From NCBI GenBank assembly GCA_003648815.1, contig QMPZ01000001.1, positions 1-53,372 on the forward strand: a stretch of 53,372 nt of DNA, given 5' to 3'. Positions 17,149 to 26,256 of the stretch are shown piece after piece (position 1 is the first letter of the stretch; every line of letters begins with the position of its first letter). Both the position numbers and the translations under genes were made by a program. The notes under the pieces were generated by a model. That model saw only the letters and a list, made by a program, of their open reading frames with translations. It did not search any database and was not told the origin of the DNA. This DNA is from Candidatus Aerophobota bacterium. Its GTDB lineage: Bacteria; Aerophobota; Aerophobia; Aerophobales; B47-G16.

Positions 17149-18498
17149 ATGAGCTCGCTTTTAATCAGTGCTTCAGGGGTGCGAGGGATAGTGGGCGAGG
17201 CGCTTACTCCTGAGGTGGCAGTCAGATTTTCCGCTGCTTTTGGGAGGTTCGTTAAGGGTGGTGCGGTGGTTGTGGGTTCAGATACCCGTACCTCAAACGA
17301 GATGTTCAGATACGCTGTTTTTAGCGGTTTGCTTTCCACCGGTTGCACGGTCATAGATGTGGGAATTTGCCCTACTCCCTCGTTGCAGCTCTTAGTGGAA
17401 AGCTTAGGGGCTGACGGAGGAGTTGCTATTACCGGAAGCCATAATCCTGTAGAATGGAATGCCTTGAAGTTTATCCGGGGTGACGGCCTCTTTCTCTATC
17501 CCGAGGAAGGAGAAAGGCTCCTGCAGATATATCAGGAGGATAGAATAAGACGGGTAGCCTGGGACAGGATAAGAAAGGTTCGTAGGGAAGAGTCCGCCAT
17601 AGAAAATCATATAAGAAGGATTTTAAGTGTAGTAGATAGGGAAAAGATCAAAAGGAAAGGATTTAAAGTGGTCATCGATGCCTGTAATGGCGCAGGCGCA
17701 TTGATCAGTCCTGAGGTTCTCCGACGTTTGGGATGCAAGGTGATAAAGCTTAACTGTGAGCCTAACGGTATTTTTCCCCATCCTCCGGAGCCGGTTCCCT
17801 CAAATTTGGGTGAGCTTTCCCGCGTGGTCAGAAACGAGGGAGCAGATATTGGCTTTGCTCACGATGCAGATGCGGATAGGGTAGCTCTTGTATCAGAGAA
17901 AGGAGAAGTCCCCCCGCCGCATTATTCCCTTCTTCTTGCGACGAGGTTCGTCCTTTCAAGGAAGCCAGGGACGGTAGTTACCAACCTTTCCACCACCCAG
18001 GCCTTAGAAGATATAGCAAAAGAGTATAACTGTGAGCTGATAAGGACAAAGGTCGGAGATATTTACGTATCTCGTTGTATGAGGGAGAAAAAGGCAACCA
18101 TCGGCGGAGAGGGAAATGGAGGAGTAATTATTCCTGAAGTTCATTACGCCCGAGATGGGATTGCCGCTATGGCTTTATTATTAGAATATTTAGCTACCTG
18201 TCAGAGGCCCGTTTCAGAGTTGATTAAGGAGGTACCGCGCTACTATATGATTCAGAAGAAAGTGAAATTTCCCAGAGAAAACTTTCCTTCTCTTGAAGGA
18301 AATTTAAAGAGGAAGTTTAAGGAAGACGAGCTCAACTTTCTCGATGGTGTTAGAATCAACCTGAAGGAGGGTTGGATTCATATAAGAGCATCTGGCACAG
18401 AGCCTGTAACTCGCATAATTTCTGAGGCAAGAACTAAAGAAAAGGCGCAAGCTTTATATAATCTGGCTCTTGAGTATCTGAAATTGAGCAGGAAGTAA
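17149..18498 (+). CDS. Phosphohexomutase family enzyme (phosphoglucosamine mutase / phosphomannomutase)
   Basis: Active-site loop ITGSHNP and metal loop HDADADR. Four-domain size. I cannot resolve the substrate by eye. Confidence 0.8.
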   Translation: MSSLLISASGVRGIVGEALTPEVAVRFSAAFGRFVKGGAVVVGSDTRTSNEMFRYAVFSGLLSTGCTVIDVGICPTPSLQLLVESLGADGGVAITGSHNPVEWNALKFIRGDGLFLYPEEGERLLQIYQEDRIRRVAWDRIRKVRREESAIENHIRRILSVVDREKIKRKGFKVVIDACNGAGALISPEVLRRLGCKVIKLNCEPNGIFPHPPEPVPSNLGELSRVVRNEGADIGFAHDADADRVALVSEKGEVPPPHYSLLLATRFVLSRKPGTVVTNLSTTQALEDIAKEYNCELIRTKVGDIYVSRCMREKKATIGGEGNGGVIIPEVHYARDGIAAMALLLEYLATCQRPVSELIKEVPRYYMIQKKVKFPRENFPSLEGNLKRKFKEDELNFLDGVRINLKEGWIHIRASGTEPVTRIISEARTKEKAQALYNLALEYLKLSRK

Positions 18499-18504
18499 CA
18501 GATG

Positions 18505-18533
18505 TTGACCGGTCCTTTATTTTGTTATATTAT
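18505..18533 (+). promoter_or_regulatory. Candidate promoter for the small ORF / HD-GYP operon
   Basis: TTGACC (18505-18510), 17-nt spacer, TATTAT (18528-18533). Confidence 0.5.
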
Positions 18534-18566
18534 AAAATGACTAAATAAAATGAGGAGGTGAGATAG

Positions 18567-18659
18567 ATGAGGGCGAGTTTAAAGGTAAAGCTTTTGAGGG
18601 CTTTGTTCGTAATTATGGCGCTTCTGCTCGCCGGGGGAGCTAATTACAAGTGGGGATAA
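18567..18659 (+). CDS. Possible 30-aa hydrophobic peptide (MRASLKVKLLRALFVIMALLLAGGANYKWG)
   Basis: Not in the ORF track. ATG is 7 nt after AGGAGGTG and downstream of the 18505 promoter. One TM/signal-like helix. No homology evidence. Confidence 0.35.
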   Translation: MRASLKVKLLRALFVIMALLLAGGANYKWG

Positions 18660-18708
18660 GGAATAGGATCTATCTCTTTTACTTTCTGTAAAATAAGGGG
18701 GAGGAGTA

Positions 18709-19959
18709 TTGCCCGAACTTTCGAGAAAAGTACGGTTATATGTAACTGCAGTTAGTATAGCGGGGATAGTTCTGTTAATTCGTTGGACATGGAGCATTAC
18801 CTTTAGCTGGAAGTTGTTAGGAGAGTTTCCTTTTTGGGCATCTTTAGCCATACTTGCCGAGTTAGGCCCGGTAGCTCTACCACAGGGGGGATTTGTCACC
18901 TTAGGTTTTCCCATAAGCTTCGCTGTTCTTCTTATTTATGGTCCCGGTCTCAGTAGTTGGGTAGCTGTGTGCGGAACGATAGTCGAAGCTAAACGAAGGA
19001 AAAAAGGAGAGTGGTACGTAGTTTTATTTGACCAGACCCAACTTATTTTGTCGATATCAGCAGCCTGGATAGTTTACCAATATATGGGTGGAGAACCCAT
19101 TACCTCTACCTCCTTAGGGCACATCCTCCCCATAGTGGCATCCGCTTTGGCTTACTTTTTAACCAACACCTTTTTAGTAAACACTGTCCTTGCTTTAGAA
19201 AAGGGAATCTCTGTCCTGGAAATGTGGTCAATTAACTTTAAGTGGACTGTCCCAAATTATCTGGCGCAAACTCCTCTTGGCTTTTTGATGGCTGTGCTCT
19301 ACCGGCAAATAAGCTGGTGGGCTGTCCTGTTCCTATGCTTTCCTCTCTTCATCGCTTACTATGCTTATAAGCTGTATGCTGAGCTGCGCAGGCAACATCT
19401 GAGCACTATTCAGGCTTTAGCCACGGCTATAGAGATGAGAGATTCATATACTGAGGATCATTCCATGAGGATGGCTGAGCTTGCGGTAGCTACGGCAAGA
19501 GAACTGCGAGTTCCTGCAAGTGAGGTAGAGGTAATTCGTTATGCAGCGATATTGCATGATATCGGCAAGATCGGCGTCAGTGACCAAATCCTTAATAAAC
19601 CTGCGCAGTTGACTGAGAAAGAGTGGGCTAAGATGAGGGAGCACCCGAAAATAGGGATGGAAATAGTCAGCAAGATTGACTCGCTTAAAGAGGCCTCTCG
19701 CATAGTATATTATCATCATGAGTGGTATAATGGCCAGGGCTATCCTGAAGGGCTGAAGGGGGAAGATATTCCCATAGGTGCGAGGATACTCGCTGTAGTG
19801 GATGCCTATGATGCTATGACCTCTAAGAGGCCTTATCGTTCAGCTTATCCAGTTGAAAGGGCGATAGAAGAACTGAGGAAGAATGCAGGAACGCAGTTCG
19901 ACGGAAAAGTGGTAGAGGCCTTTCTTAAGATTCTAAAATCAGGTCAAAATGTTACTTGA
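18709..19959 (+). CDS. Multi-pass membrane HD-GYP domain phosphodiesterase (c-di-GMP)
   Basis: About 220-aa hydrophobic N-terminal half. C-terminal HD (..AAILHDIGKIGV..) and HHEWYNGQGYP (GYP) motifs. TTG start after GGGGGAGGAG. Confidence 0.85.
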   Translation: MPELSRKVRLYVTAVSIAGIVLLIRWTWSITFSWKLLGEFPFWASLAILAELGPVALPQGGFVTLGFPISFAVLLIYGPGLSSWVAVCGTIVEAKRRKKGEWYVVLFDQTQLILSISAAWIVYQYMGGEPITSTSLGHILPIVASALAYFLTNTFLVNTVLALEKGISVLEMWSINFKWTVPNYLAQTPLGFLMAVLYRQISWWAVLFLCFPLFIAYYAYKLYAELRRQHLSTIQALATAIEMRDSYTEDHSMRMAELAVATARELRVPASEVEVIRYAAILHDIGKIGVSDQILNKPAQLTEKEWAKMREHPKIGMEIVSKIDSLKEASRIVYYHHEWYNGQGYPEGLKGEDIPIGARILAVVDAYDAMTSKRPYRSAYPVERAIEELRKNAGTQFDGKVVEAFLKILKSGQNVT

Positions 19960-20509
19960 GGTGATGTTTGCCTCACTGGTGATAGGAATTTTAAGAGGGG
20001 GAAAGCTGACGGGGTTGGCTGATCTTCCTCTTGAAAAGGTAGGGTTGGTGATAATGGCTTTTTTGATCCAGTACAGCCTCGTGTTCTTTGGAGAAGGCGG
20101 TTATAACTTATTTTCAAATTGGGGAGTATACCTTCATATACTTTCCTATCTGCTACTGTTGATAGCTATCTGGTATAGTCGGAATATAAGGGGAATGAAG
20201 ATAATAGGGTTAGGAGTTTTGGTTAACTTTATCGTCATCTTATCTAATGGGGGTAGAATGCCGGTATCGGTTGAAGCCTTATCAAGGACAGGATTGGATG
20301 AGATGCTTCCGCTTTTAACGAGCAAAGCCTATGTCATTCACACTATATTGACTCCGGATAGTCGATTAAAACTCTTCTCAGACATCATACCTTTACCTCC
20401 TCCATATCCCAGGCCTCGCGTCTTGAGCATAGGTGACATAATTATGGCCGTAGGAGTCTTTGTCTTGATTCAGCAAGGGATGAAGAGCAATATCCAGAAA
20501 AGGGGATAA
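19949..20509 (+). CDS. DUF5317-like integral membrane protein
   Basis: Four to five TM helices, ..ILRGGKL..L.. N-terminus and C-terminal ..SIGDIIMAVGVFVLI.. Overlaps the HD-GYP gene by 11 nt. Confidence 0.55.
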   Translation: MLLEVMFASLVIGILRGGKLTGLADLPLEKVGLVIMAFLIQYSLVFFGEGGYNLFSNWGVYLHILSYLLLLIAIWYSRNIRGMKIIGLGVLVNFIVILSNGGRMPVSVEALSRTGLDEMLPLLTSKAYVIHTILTPDSRLKLFSDIIPLPPPYPRPRVLSIGDIIMAVGVFVLIQQGMKSNIQKRG

Positions 20510-20520
20510 GGGAGTGTGAG

Positions 20521-21573
20521 ATGGATATACAATCATTGCTTAAGAAGATGCAGGAAATAGGAGCATCGGATTTACACATTGTAGCCGGAGCACCTCCTAT
20601 ATTTCGAGTTAATGGAAAGTTGACTTCTTTGGACGATAAAAGATTAACCGGCGAGGAATCGAAGTTCCTTGTTTACTCGTTGATGACCGAGGAGCAGAAG
20701 AGAAAGTTCGAGAGAACTCGGGAGCTGGATTTTTCTTTCGGTATTTCAGGATTAGGACGATTCAGGATAAACGCACATTTTCAACGAGGATCTGTAGCCT
20801 CCGCCATAAGGTTAATTCCCTATCGTATACCTTCTCTTTCCGAGCTTAACCTTCCTCCTGTCCTTACTGATTTGGCTCTTAAGGAAAGTGGACTGATCTT
20901 GGTGACAGGACCAACTGGTTGCGGAAAATCGACGACATTGGCCTCTATGGTGGAAATAATCAATGAGAAGAAGTTTTCTCATATTATAATCATAGAAGAC
21001 CCTATTGAATATCTACATCATCACAAAAAGAGTATAATAGAACAAAGAGAGGTAGGGACAGATACACTTTCCTTTGGTGCTTCTTTGAAGTATGCTCTTA
21101 GACAGGATCCCGATGTCATCCTGATCGGAGAGATGAGAGATCTTGAGACCATAGCTACAGCTATCACCGCTGCCGAGACAGGTCATTTAATCCTGGCAAC
21201 TCTACATACCCCTGATGCTCCTCAGAGTATTGATCGGATTATTGATGTCTTTCCTCCCCATCAACAAAATCAGGTGAGAATGCAGCTTTCTTCTTGTCTG
21301 CAGGCGGTGATCGCTCAAAGACTTCTTCCAAGGGAGGACAAGAAGGGAAGGATACCCGCTGTGGAGCTGTTAATTGCCACTCCTGCCGTGAGAAATCTCA
21401 TCCGTAGTGGCAAGACCCATCAGTTATATACGGCTATGGAGACAGGAGCTCAGTTTGGGATGCAGACAATGGATCAGGCATTGAAGGACCTGGTAAGAAA
21501 AGGGAGGATAACTCTGGACACAGCTTTATATGTGGCAAGGGATCCGAAGAATTTTCGAGCCTCGTTGAGGTAG
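20521..21573 (+). CDS. pilT: Type IV pilus retraction ATPase PilT
   Basis: ASDLHI.., Walker A GPTGCGKST, Walker B VILIGEMRD, His box GHLILATLHT, AIRNLIR-like VRNLIRSGK. Confidence 0.9.
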   Translation: MDIQSLLKKMQEIGASDLHIVAGAPPIFRVNGKLTSLDDKRLTGEESKFLVYSLMTEEQKRKFERTRELDFSFGISGLGRFRINAHFQRGSVASAIRLIPYRIPSLSELNLPPVLTDLALKESGLILVTGPTGCGKSTTLASMVEIINEKKFSHIIIIEDPIEYLHHHKKSIIEQREVGTDTLSFGASLKYALRQDPDVILIGEMRDLETIATAITAAETGHLILATLHTPDAPQSIDRIIDVFPPHQQNQVRMQLSSCLQAVIAQRLLPREDKKGRIPAVELLIATPAVRNLIRSGKTHQLYTAMETGAQFGMQTMDQALKDLVRKGRITLDTALYVARDPKNFRASLR

Positions 21574-21580
21574 CGTCTTC

Positions 21581-22036
21581 ATGAGAAAGAAAGTTTCCAT
21601 GAGATTGATAAGGTTTTACAATCAATATGTGTTTGAGAGGAAAAAGGAAAGTTTCTTCTGGACATTTTTCGCCTTTGGATTCACCGTTATCCTTTCCAGG
21701 CTGATAGTTCTGGACATGGAACGGGGAAAGGCCTTTTTTGGTTATTTATACATAAAAGGGTATCATATACATCATTTTTATTATGGAATAATTCTTTTGA
21801 TTCTTTCTAATTGGTTGGCTTTGATTAGATATAAGAGACTGTATAAAAGGCTCTTTAAGGTGATAACCAGCATCATGTTTGGCGGCGGTCTGGGATTGGT
21901 GGTCGATGAGTTCGGTCTCCTTTTGACCATGGAATTCGGAATTAAGGGCAATTATTGGGCCCCTCAATCTTATTATGCTATAGGAGTGGTGAGCGTTGTC
22001 CTTGCTTTGTGCTTGTTGCTCCTGAAAGCGGATTGA
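21581..22036 (+). CDS. Small integral membrane protein of unknown function
   Basis: Four predicted TM helices. No family recognised. Position and coding density support it. Confidence 0.5.
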   Translation: MRKKVSMRLIRFYNQYVFERKKESFFWTFFAFGFTVILSRLIVLDMERGKAFFGYLYIKGYHIHHFYYGIILLILSNWLALIRYKRLYKRLFKVITSIMFGGGLGLVVDEFGLLLTMEFGIKGNYWAPQSYYAIGVVSVVLALCLLLLKAD

Positions 22037-22053
22037 AAATCCAGAGGTTGAAG

Positions 22054-22545
22054 ATGAGGGAGGAGTTAGAAAGAGCTTGTAGGTATGCTCTAAGGCTGTT
22101 GGATTATAGAGAGCGAAGCAAGCAGGAGATCAGGGACAGGATGAAGAAAAAGGGATATGGAGATGACCTGATTGAGGAGGTCCTGCGATACTTAGAAGCT
22201 CATAACTTTGTAAACGAGAGAAGATTTGCCCAGATATGGGGGGAACATTGCATAAGGAAAGGTTATGGCAGGAGAAGGACATATATTGAGTTAAGAGAGA
22301 AGGGATTGGAGACGGATCTGATAGATGAGGTCTTGAATGAGCTATATTCCGAGGTGGATGAGACTGGGATGGCTTTGAGTCTGATCAAAAGAAGGAGGTT
22401 TCTCTTGAGGGGGTCCAGAGAATCAAGGATAAGGAGAACCTATGAATTTCTAAGACGCAGGGGTTTTTCTCCTGAGGTAATACACGAGGTTATGAGGGAG
22501 ATTGAGTCAGTAGAAGGATTGACAGATTCTGGAAATATGCTATAG
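22054..22545 (+). CDS. recX: Recombination regulator RecX
   Basis: ..A.RYALRLLDYRERS..E.R..M..KG.. three-repeat helical pattern. ATG 22054 (MREELERA) is preferred over ORF-track 21955, which overlaps the upstream gene. Confidence 0.8.
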   Translation: MREELERACRYALRLLDYRERSKQEIRDRMKKKGYGDDLIEEVLRYLEAHNFVNERRFAQIWGEHCIRKGYGRRRTYIELREKGLETDLIDEVLNELYSEVDETGMALSLIKRRRFLLRGSRESRIRRTYEFLRRRGFSPEVIHEVMREIESVEGLTDSGNML

Positions 22546-22558
22546 TAAATACCGAATT

Positions 22559-22631
22559 GAGCCGTTAGCTCAGGTGGTAGAGCATCGGCCTTTTAAGCCG
22601 AGGGTCGCAGGTTCGAATCCTGCACGGCTCA
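22559..22631 (+). tRNA. tRNA-Lys (anticodon UUU)
   Basis: Acceptor GAGCCGT/ACGGCTC, anticodon stem TCGGC/GCCGA, loop CTTTTAA, T-arm GCAGG-TTCGAAT-CCTGC. Confidence 0.9.
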
Positions 22632-22652
22632 CCTGAAACAAAGATTTCTTTT

Positions 22653-22727
22653 GCCCTCATCGTCTAGTGGCTAGGACACCGCTCTTTCAAGGCGGTAACG
22701 GGGGTTCAATTCCCCCTGAGGGCGCCA
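22653..22727 (+). tRNA. tRNA-Glu (anticodon UUC), CCA encoded
   Basis: Acceptor GCCCTCA/TGAGGGC, anticodon stem CCGCT/GGCGG, loop CTTTCAA, T-arm GGGGG-TTCAATT-CCCCC. Confidence 0.9.
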
Positions 22728-22729
22728 AT

Positions 22730-22801
22730 GCGGGGTTAGCTCAGGGGAAGAGCGCTTGCCTTACAAGCAAGAGGTCGTTGGTTCGAATCCATCACCCCGC
22801 A
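22730..22801 (+). tRNA. tRNA-Val (anticodon UAC)
   Basis: Acceptor GCGGGGT/ACCCCGC, anticodon stem CTTGC/GCAAG, loop CTTACAA. The T-stem has one T-T mismatch. Confidence 0.85.
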
Positions 22802-22830
22802 TCATTAAACTGTGAAGGGGAGATAAAGCT

Positions 22831-23539
22831 TGTGAGCGAGGATCTACCGTTGCTTATCGGGCTGCAAAAGCTGGACTTGGAAATAGATAAGACTTTAAAA
22901 AAGAAGGAGGAGCTAACTTACCAAATTCAAGCGTTGGAGAAAGAACTTGTAAGTTTACAGGAGAAACTCACCGATAAGGAAAGGGAGCTAAAGAATATCA
23001 GAAGGCAGGTGAGGGAGAAAGAGAAGGATATAGAGGAAATGAGTCTGGTGTTAGCCAAACACGAGGAGGAAAAATACAAGGTTAAATCTCAAGGGGAGTT
23101 TACAGCGATAGAGAGGGAAATAGCTCAGGTGGAAAGAAAAAAGGAAGAGACCGAGGACTTGCTCCTTGAATTAATGGAAAGAGAGGAAGAACTAATAAGC
23201 TATCTTCCTTCTTTTAAAAGGGAGACAGAAGAGAAAAGAAAAAGCTTAGGAGAAGAAAAGCAGATCTTGAGCAAGAGTCTGGAAAATCTTGTTCATAAGG
23301 AGGAGAAGTTAAGGAGTGAAAGAAAAAAGAAGGTCTCTCAATTGAACTCTCTCCTCTTAGGGCAGTATGAACAACTACGCAGGACCAAAGATGGATTAGC
23401 TATAGCTGCCGTGAAAAATGGAGTTTGCCAGGGTTGCAATGTGGGAGTTCCTCCTTCTTTGATCAGTCGAATCAGACGAGGAGAGATTGTCTACTGCGAA
23501 AGCTGTAGTCGTATATTATATATAGCGGAGGAGGGATAG
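22831..23539 (+). CDS. Coiled-coil C4 zinc-ribbon protein (COG1579/DUF164 family)
   Basis: Long E/K-rich coiled coil, then CQGC..(17)..CESC. GTG 22831 follows GGGGAG. The ORF-track start 22667 would read through two tRNA genes. Confidence 0.75.
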
Positions 23540-23569
23540 TTCGCCAGAAATTTCAAGAAGTTATCTGAA

Positions 23570-23995
23570 ATGCGCATTCTTGGTTTGGATATAGGAGACA
23601 GGAGAATAGGAGTGGCAATAAGCGATCCTTCCCAAACGATAGCTCAGGGAATAGGTCAGATTAGCTGGGATGAATCCCACCGGGATAAGGCACTGGAAGA
23701 GATTAAGGAATTCATTTTTAAATATAAGGTAGTCAAAGTAGTGGTTGGATTGCCCAAGAACATGGAGGGCGAGGAAGGATTTCAGGCAAGGAAAGTTCGA
23801 GACTTTTTAGACTTTTTTTCTTCGAAGATAAAGCTTCCCGTTGCCCTGGTAGATGAGAGATTTTCCACGGTGATGGCGGAGAGAATCTTAAGGGAGCAAG
23901 GGGCATCTTTGTCAGAACGGAAAAAGGCCACAGATAAAATAGCGGCAGCTATAATCTTGCAGGACTACCTGGACTCTCAGAGAAGTAAGGGATGA
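23570..23995 (+). CDS. ruvX: Holliday-junction resolvase-like YqgF/RuvX
   Basis: MRILGLDIGDRRIGVAISD.. and ..VVGLPKNM.G.E.. motifs. Confidence 0.9.
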   Translation: MRILGLDIGDRRIGVAISDPSQTIAQGIGQISWDESHRDKALEEIKEFIFKYKVVKVVVGLPKNMEGEEGFQARKVRDFLDFFSSKIKLPVALVDERFSTVMAERILREQGASLSERKKATDKIAAAIILQDYLDSQRSKG

Positions 23996-24996
23996 AATTT
24001 TGCAAATTAAGGGGAAAAATTCTGGCAGGAGTGCTACTTTGTTTGATATCCTTGTTTATCCTTCAGATATTTTTCCCTTTTTATTCCAATTGCAGAAAGG
24101 TGGTCATTACCATTCCCAGGGCAGCGGATTCCTTTCAGATCGCTGAGATTCTATCTAAGAAGAAGGTTATAAGGAGCAAAATCTGTTTTATCCTTCTTTG
24201 TAAGCTTCTGCGTTGGGATAAGGACCTTAAGGCAGGCAGATATGAGTTTTCTCTGCCTGTGAATATGTTTGAGGTGCTCTCGAAGTTAAAAAGAGGAGAG
24301 ATAAAAACTCATCTGGTTACCATACCTGAGGGACTTCCCAAGTGGGAGATAGCAAATATATTAAGTCAGAAGGAAATTGTAGAAAAAGAGGCGTTCTTGA
24401 AGGTGGTGGATAATCCTCAGATCTTTGCTAAGGAAAAAATTTCCTTCCCTCTGCCAAAAGATAGCCTGGAGGGTTATCTTTATCCCGATACTTACTACTT
24501 TGCCGAAGGAGAAGCTCCGGAAAAGGTGGTGAGGAAGTTTCTTGCCCGTTTTGAAGAGGTGGTGCTTCCTCTTTATCGGAAGAGGAGCGCTGAGAAGGAT
24601 TGTTGGCCTCTGGATAAGGTGATTATCCTGGCCTCTATCGTGGAAAAAGAGGCTCAGATCTCTGCGGAAAAGCCTATAATTGCAGCAGTTTTTTACAATC
24701 GCCTTAGAAAGGGAATGAAGCTTCGAGCGGATCCTACCGTAAAGTATGCTCTGGGCAATTTTCGTTCCAGGGTAACCCGTAATGACCTCAAAATCTCCTC
24801 TCCCTATAACACTTATCTACACTATGGACTTCCCCCTGGTCCCATTTGTAGCCCAGGCAGGGATAGCATTTATGCGGTGCTGTATCCTGCGAAAGTGGAC
24901 TATCTTTACTTTGTGGCTCGAGGTGATGGCAGTCATGAGTTCAGCCAGACCTATGAACAGCATCTGAAGGCAATTTATCAATATCAAAAGGGATAA
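23992..24996 (+). CDS. mltG: Endolytic murein transglycosylase MltG (YceG-like)
   Basis: N-terminal TM. ..LEGYLYPDTY.. and ..ILASIVEKEA.. signatures. Confidence 0.9.
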   Translation: MKFCKLRGKILAGVLLCLISLFILQIFFPFYSNCRKVVITIPRAADSFQIAEILSKKKVIRSKICFILLCKLLRWDKDLKAGRYEFSLPVNMFEVLSKLKRGEIKTHLVTIPEGLPKWEIANILSQKEIVEKEAFLKVVDNPQIFAKEKISFPLPKDSLEGYLYPDTYYFAEGEAPEKVVRKFLARFEEVVLPLYRKRSAEKDCWPLDKVIILASIVEKEAQISAEKPIIAAVFYNRLRKGMKLRADPTVKYALGNFRSRVTRNDLKISSPYNTYLHYGLPPGPICSPGRDSIYAVLYPAKVDYLYFVARGDGSHEFSQTYEQHLKAIYQYQKG

Positions 24997-24999
24997 TCA

Positions 25000-26256
25000 A
25001 TGATACGCTCACCCCGGGGGGTTGAGGATATACTTCCATCTCAAGTCTCCCAATATCAATGGATTGAGAAAGAGGCTTCCTCTTTATTTTCTCTATACGG
25101 ATACGAGGAAGTCCGAACCCCTATCTTTGAAAGGGCAGAACTCTTTCTTCGGAGCTTAGGTGAGGAGACAGATGCAGGTAAGCAGATGTACATCTTCCAG
25201 GATAAGAAGGGAAGAAGGTTGGCCCTTCGTCCCGAGGCAACCGCTCCTGTGGTCAGAGCCTATCTTCAGCATAACCTGTATGGAAAGACGAGGGAGTGGA
25301 GGGTTTATTATCTGGGCTCCATGTTTAGATATGAAAGACCTCAGGCAGGCCGCTATCGCGAATTTCGGCAGATAGGAATAGAGGCGATTGGAGAGGGAAG
25401 TCCGTATCTGGATGTGGAGATAATAGAGATGGCACATCAGTTTTTCAAGAGAGTAGGTCTGGATAAGGTGGAGCTTCAACTTAACAGCATTGGATGCAGG
25501 AAGTGTCGACCTTTTTACGAGGAAAAGCTAAAGGAATATCTTAAGAAAAATATGGATCGTTTATGTCCTACCTGCCAGAGACGTTATCAATACAATGTCC
25601 TTCGCGTTCTGGACTGTAAGAACGAGAATTGTCAGCTGGTCATAAGGGAAGCCCCGTGGATAGGGGAGTATTTATGTGAGGATTGCAGTAGCCATTTTCA
25701 GAGCGTAAAAGAGGGGCTGAAAGCTCTTGGCATTAAGTTTCAGATCAACCCTCACCTGGTAAGAGGGCTGGATTATTACACTCGGACTATCTTTGAGATT
25801 ATCTCACCGGTTCTGGGAGCCCAGAATGCCATTTGTTCCGGCGGCAGATATGATGATCTAATAGAGGAGCTGGGAGGACCTTCGGTTCCCGCCATGGGAT
25901 TTGCCATGGGAGTGGAAAGGGTGCTCCTTGCCCTACGGGAAGAGAAAAAGGGAATTCCTTACAAGAGGCTTCCACTAATTTACATAGCTACCCTGGGCAG
26001 GGAAGGCTGGAGAGCTGGATATGAGCTGGCTAATCTTCTTCGCTTGAAGGAAATAAGAGTCCAGTTAAATACTTCCAAAAGAAAACTGTCCTCTCAACTC
26101 AGTTTTGCTGCCAAGAGGGGCATTCGCTGGGTGATGATCCTCGGAGAGGAGGAGGTAAAAAAGAGAAGAGTAATTTTAAGGGATATGAACTCAGGCACTC
26201 AGAAAGAACTGGAGTGGGAAAAGTTAGAGGAAAATATTGAGGAGATAAAAAGTTGA
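25000..26256 (+). CDS. hisS: Histidine--tRNA ligase
   Basis: ..LRPE.T....R.. and ..FRYERPQ.GR.REF.Q.G.E.. class II motifs. ..GGRYD.L.. HisRS signature. Confidence 0.95.
   Translation: MIRSPRGVEDILPSQVSQYQWIEKEASSLFSLYGYEEVRTPIFERAELFLRSLGEETDAGKQMYIFQDKKGRRLALRPEATAPVVRAYLQHNLYGKTREWRVYYLGSMFRYERPQAGRYREFRQIGIEAIGEGSPYLDVEIIEMAHQFFKRVGLDKVELQLNSIGCRKCRPFYEEKLKEYLKKNMDRLCPTCQRRYQYNVLRVLDCKNENCQLVIREAPWIGEYLCEDCSSHFQSVKEGLKALGIKFQINPHLVRGLDYYTRTIFEIISPVLGAQNAICSGGRYDDLIEELGGPSVPAMGFAMGVERVLLALREEKKGIPYKRLPLIYIATLGREGWRAGYELANLLRLKEIRVQLNTSKRKLSSQLSFAAKRGIRWVMILGEEEVKKRRVILRDMNSGTQKELEWEKLEENIEEIKS

Noticed and set aside
22667-22830. N-terminal 55 codons of ORF 22667..23539
   Set aside because: This stretch translates through tRNA-Glu(UUC) and tRNA-Val(UAC). 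GTG 22831 has an upstream GGGGAG SD and is the supportable start.
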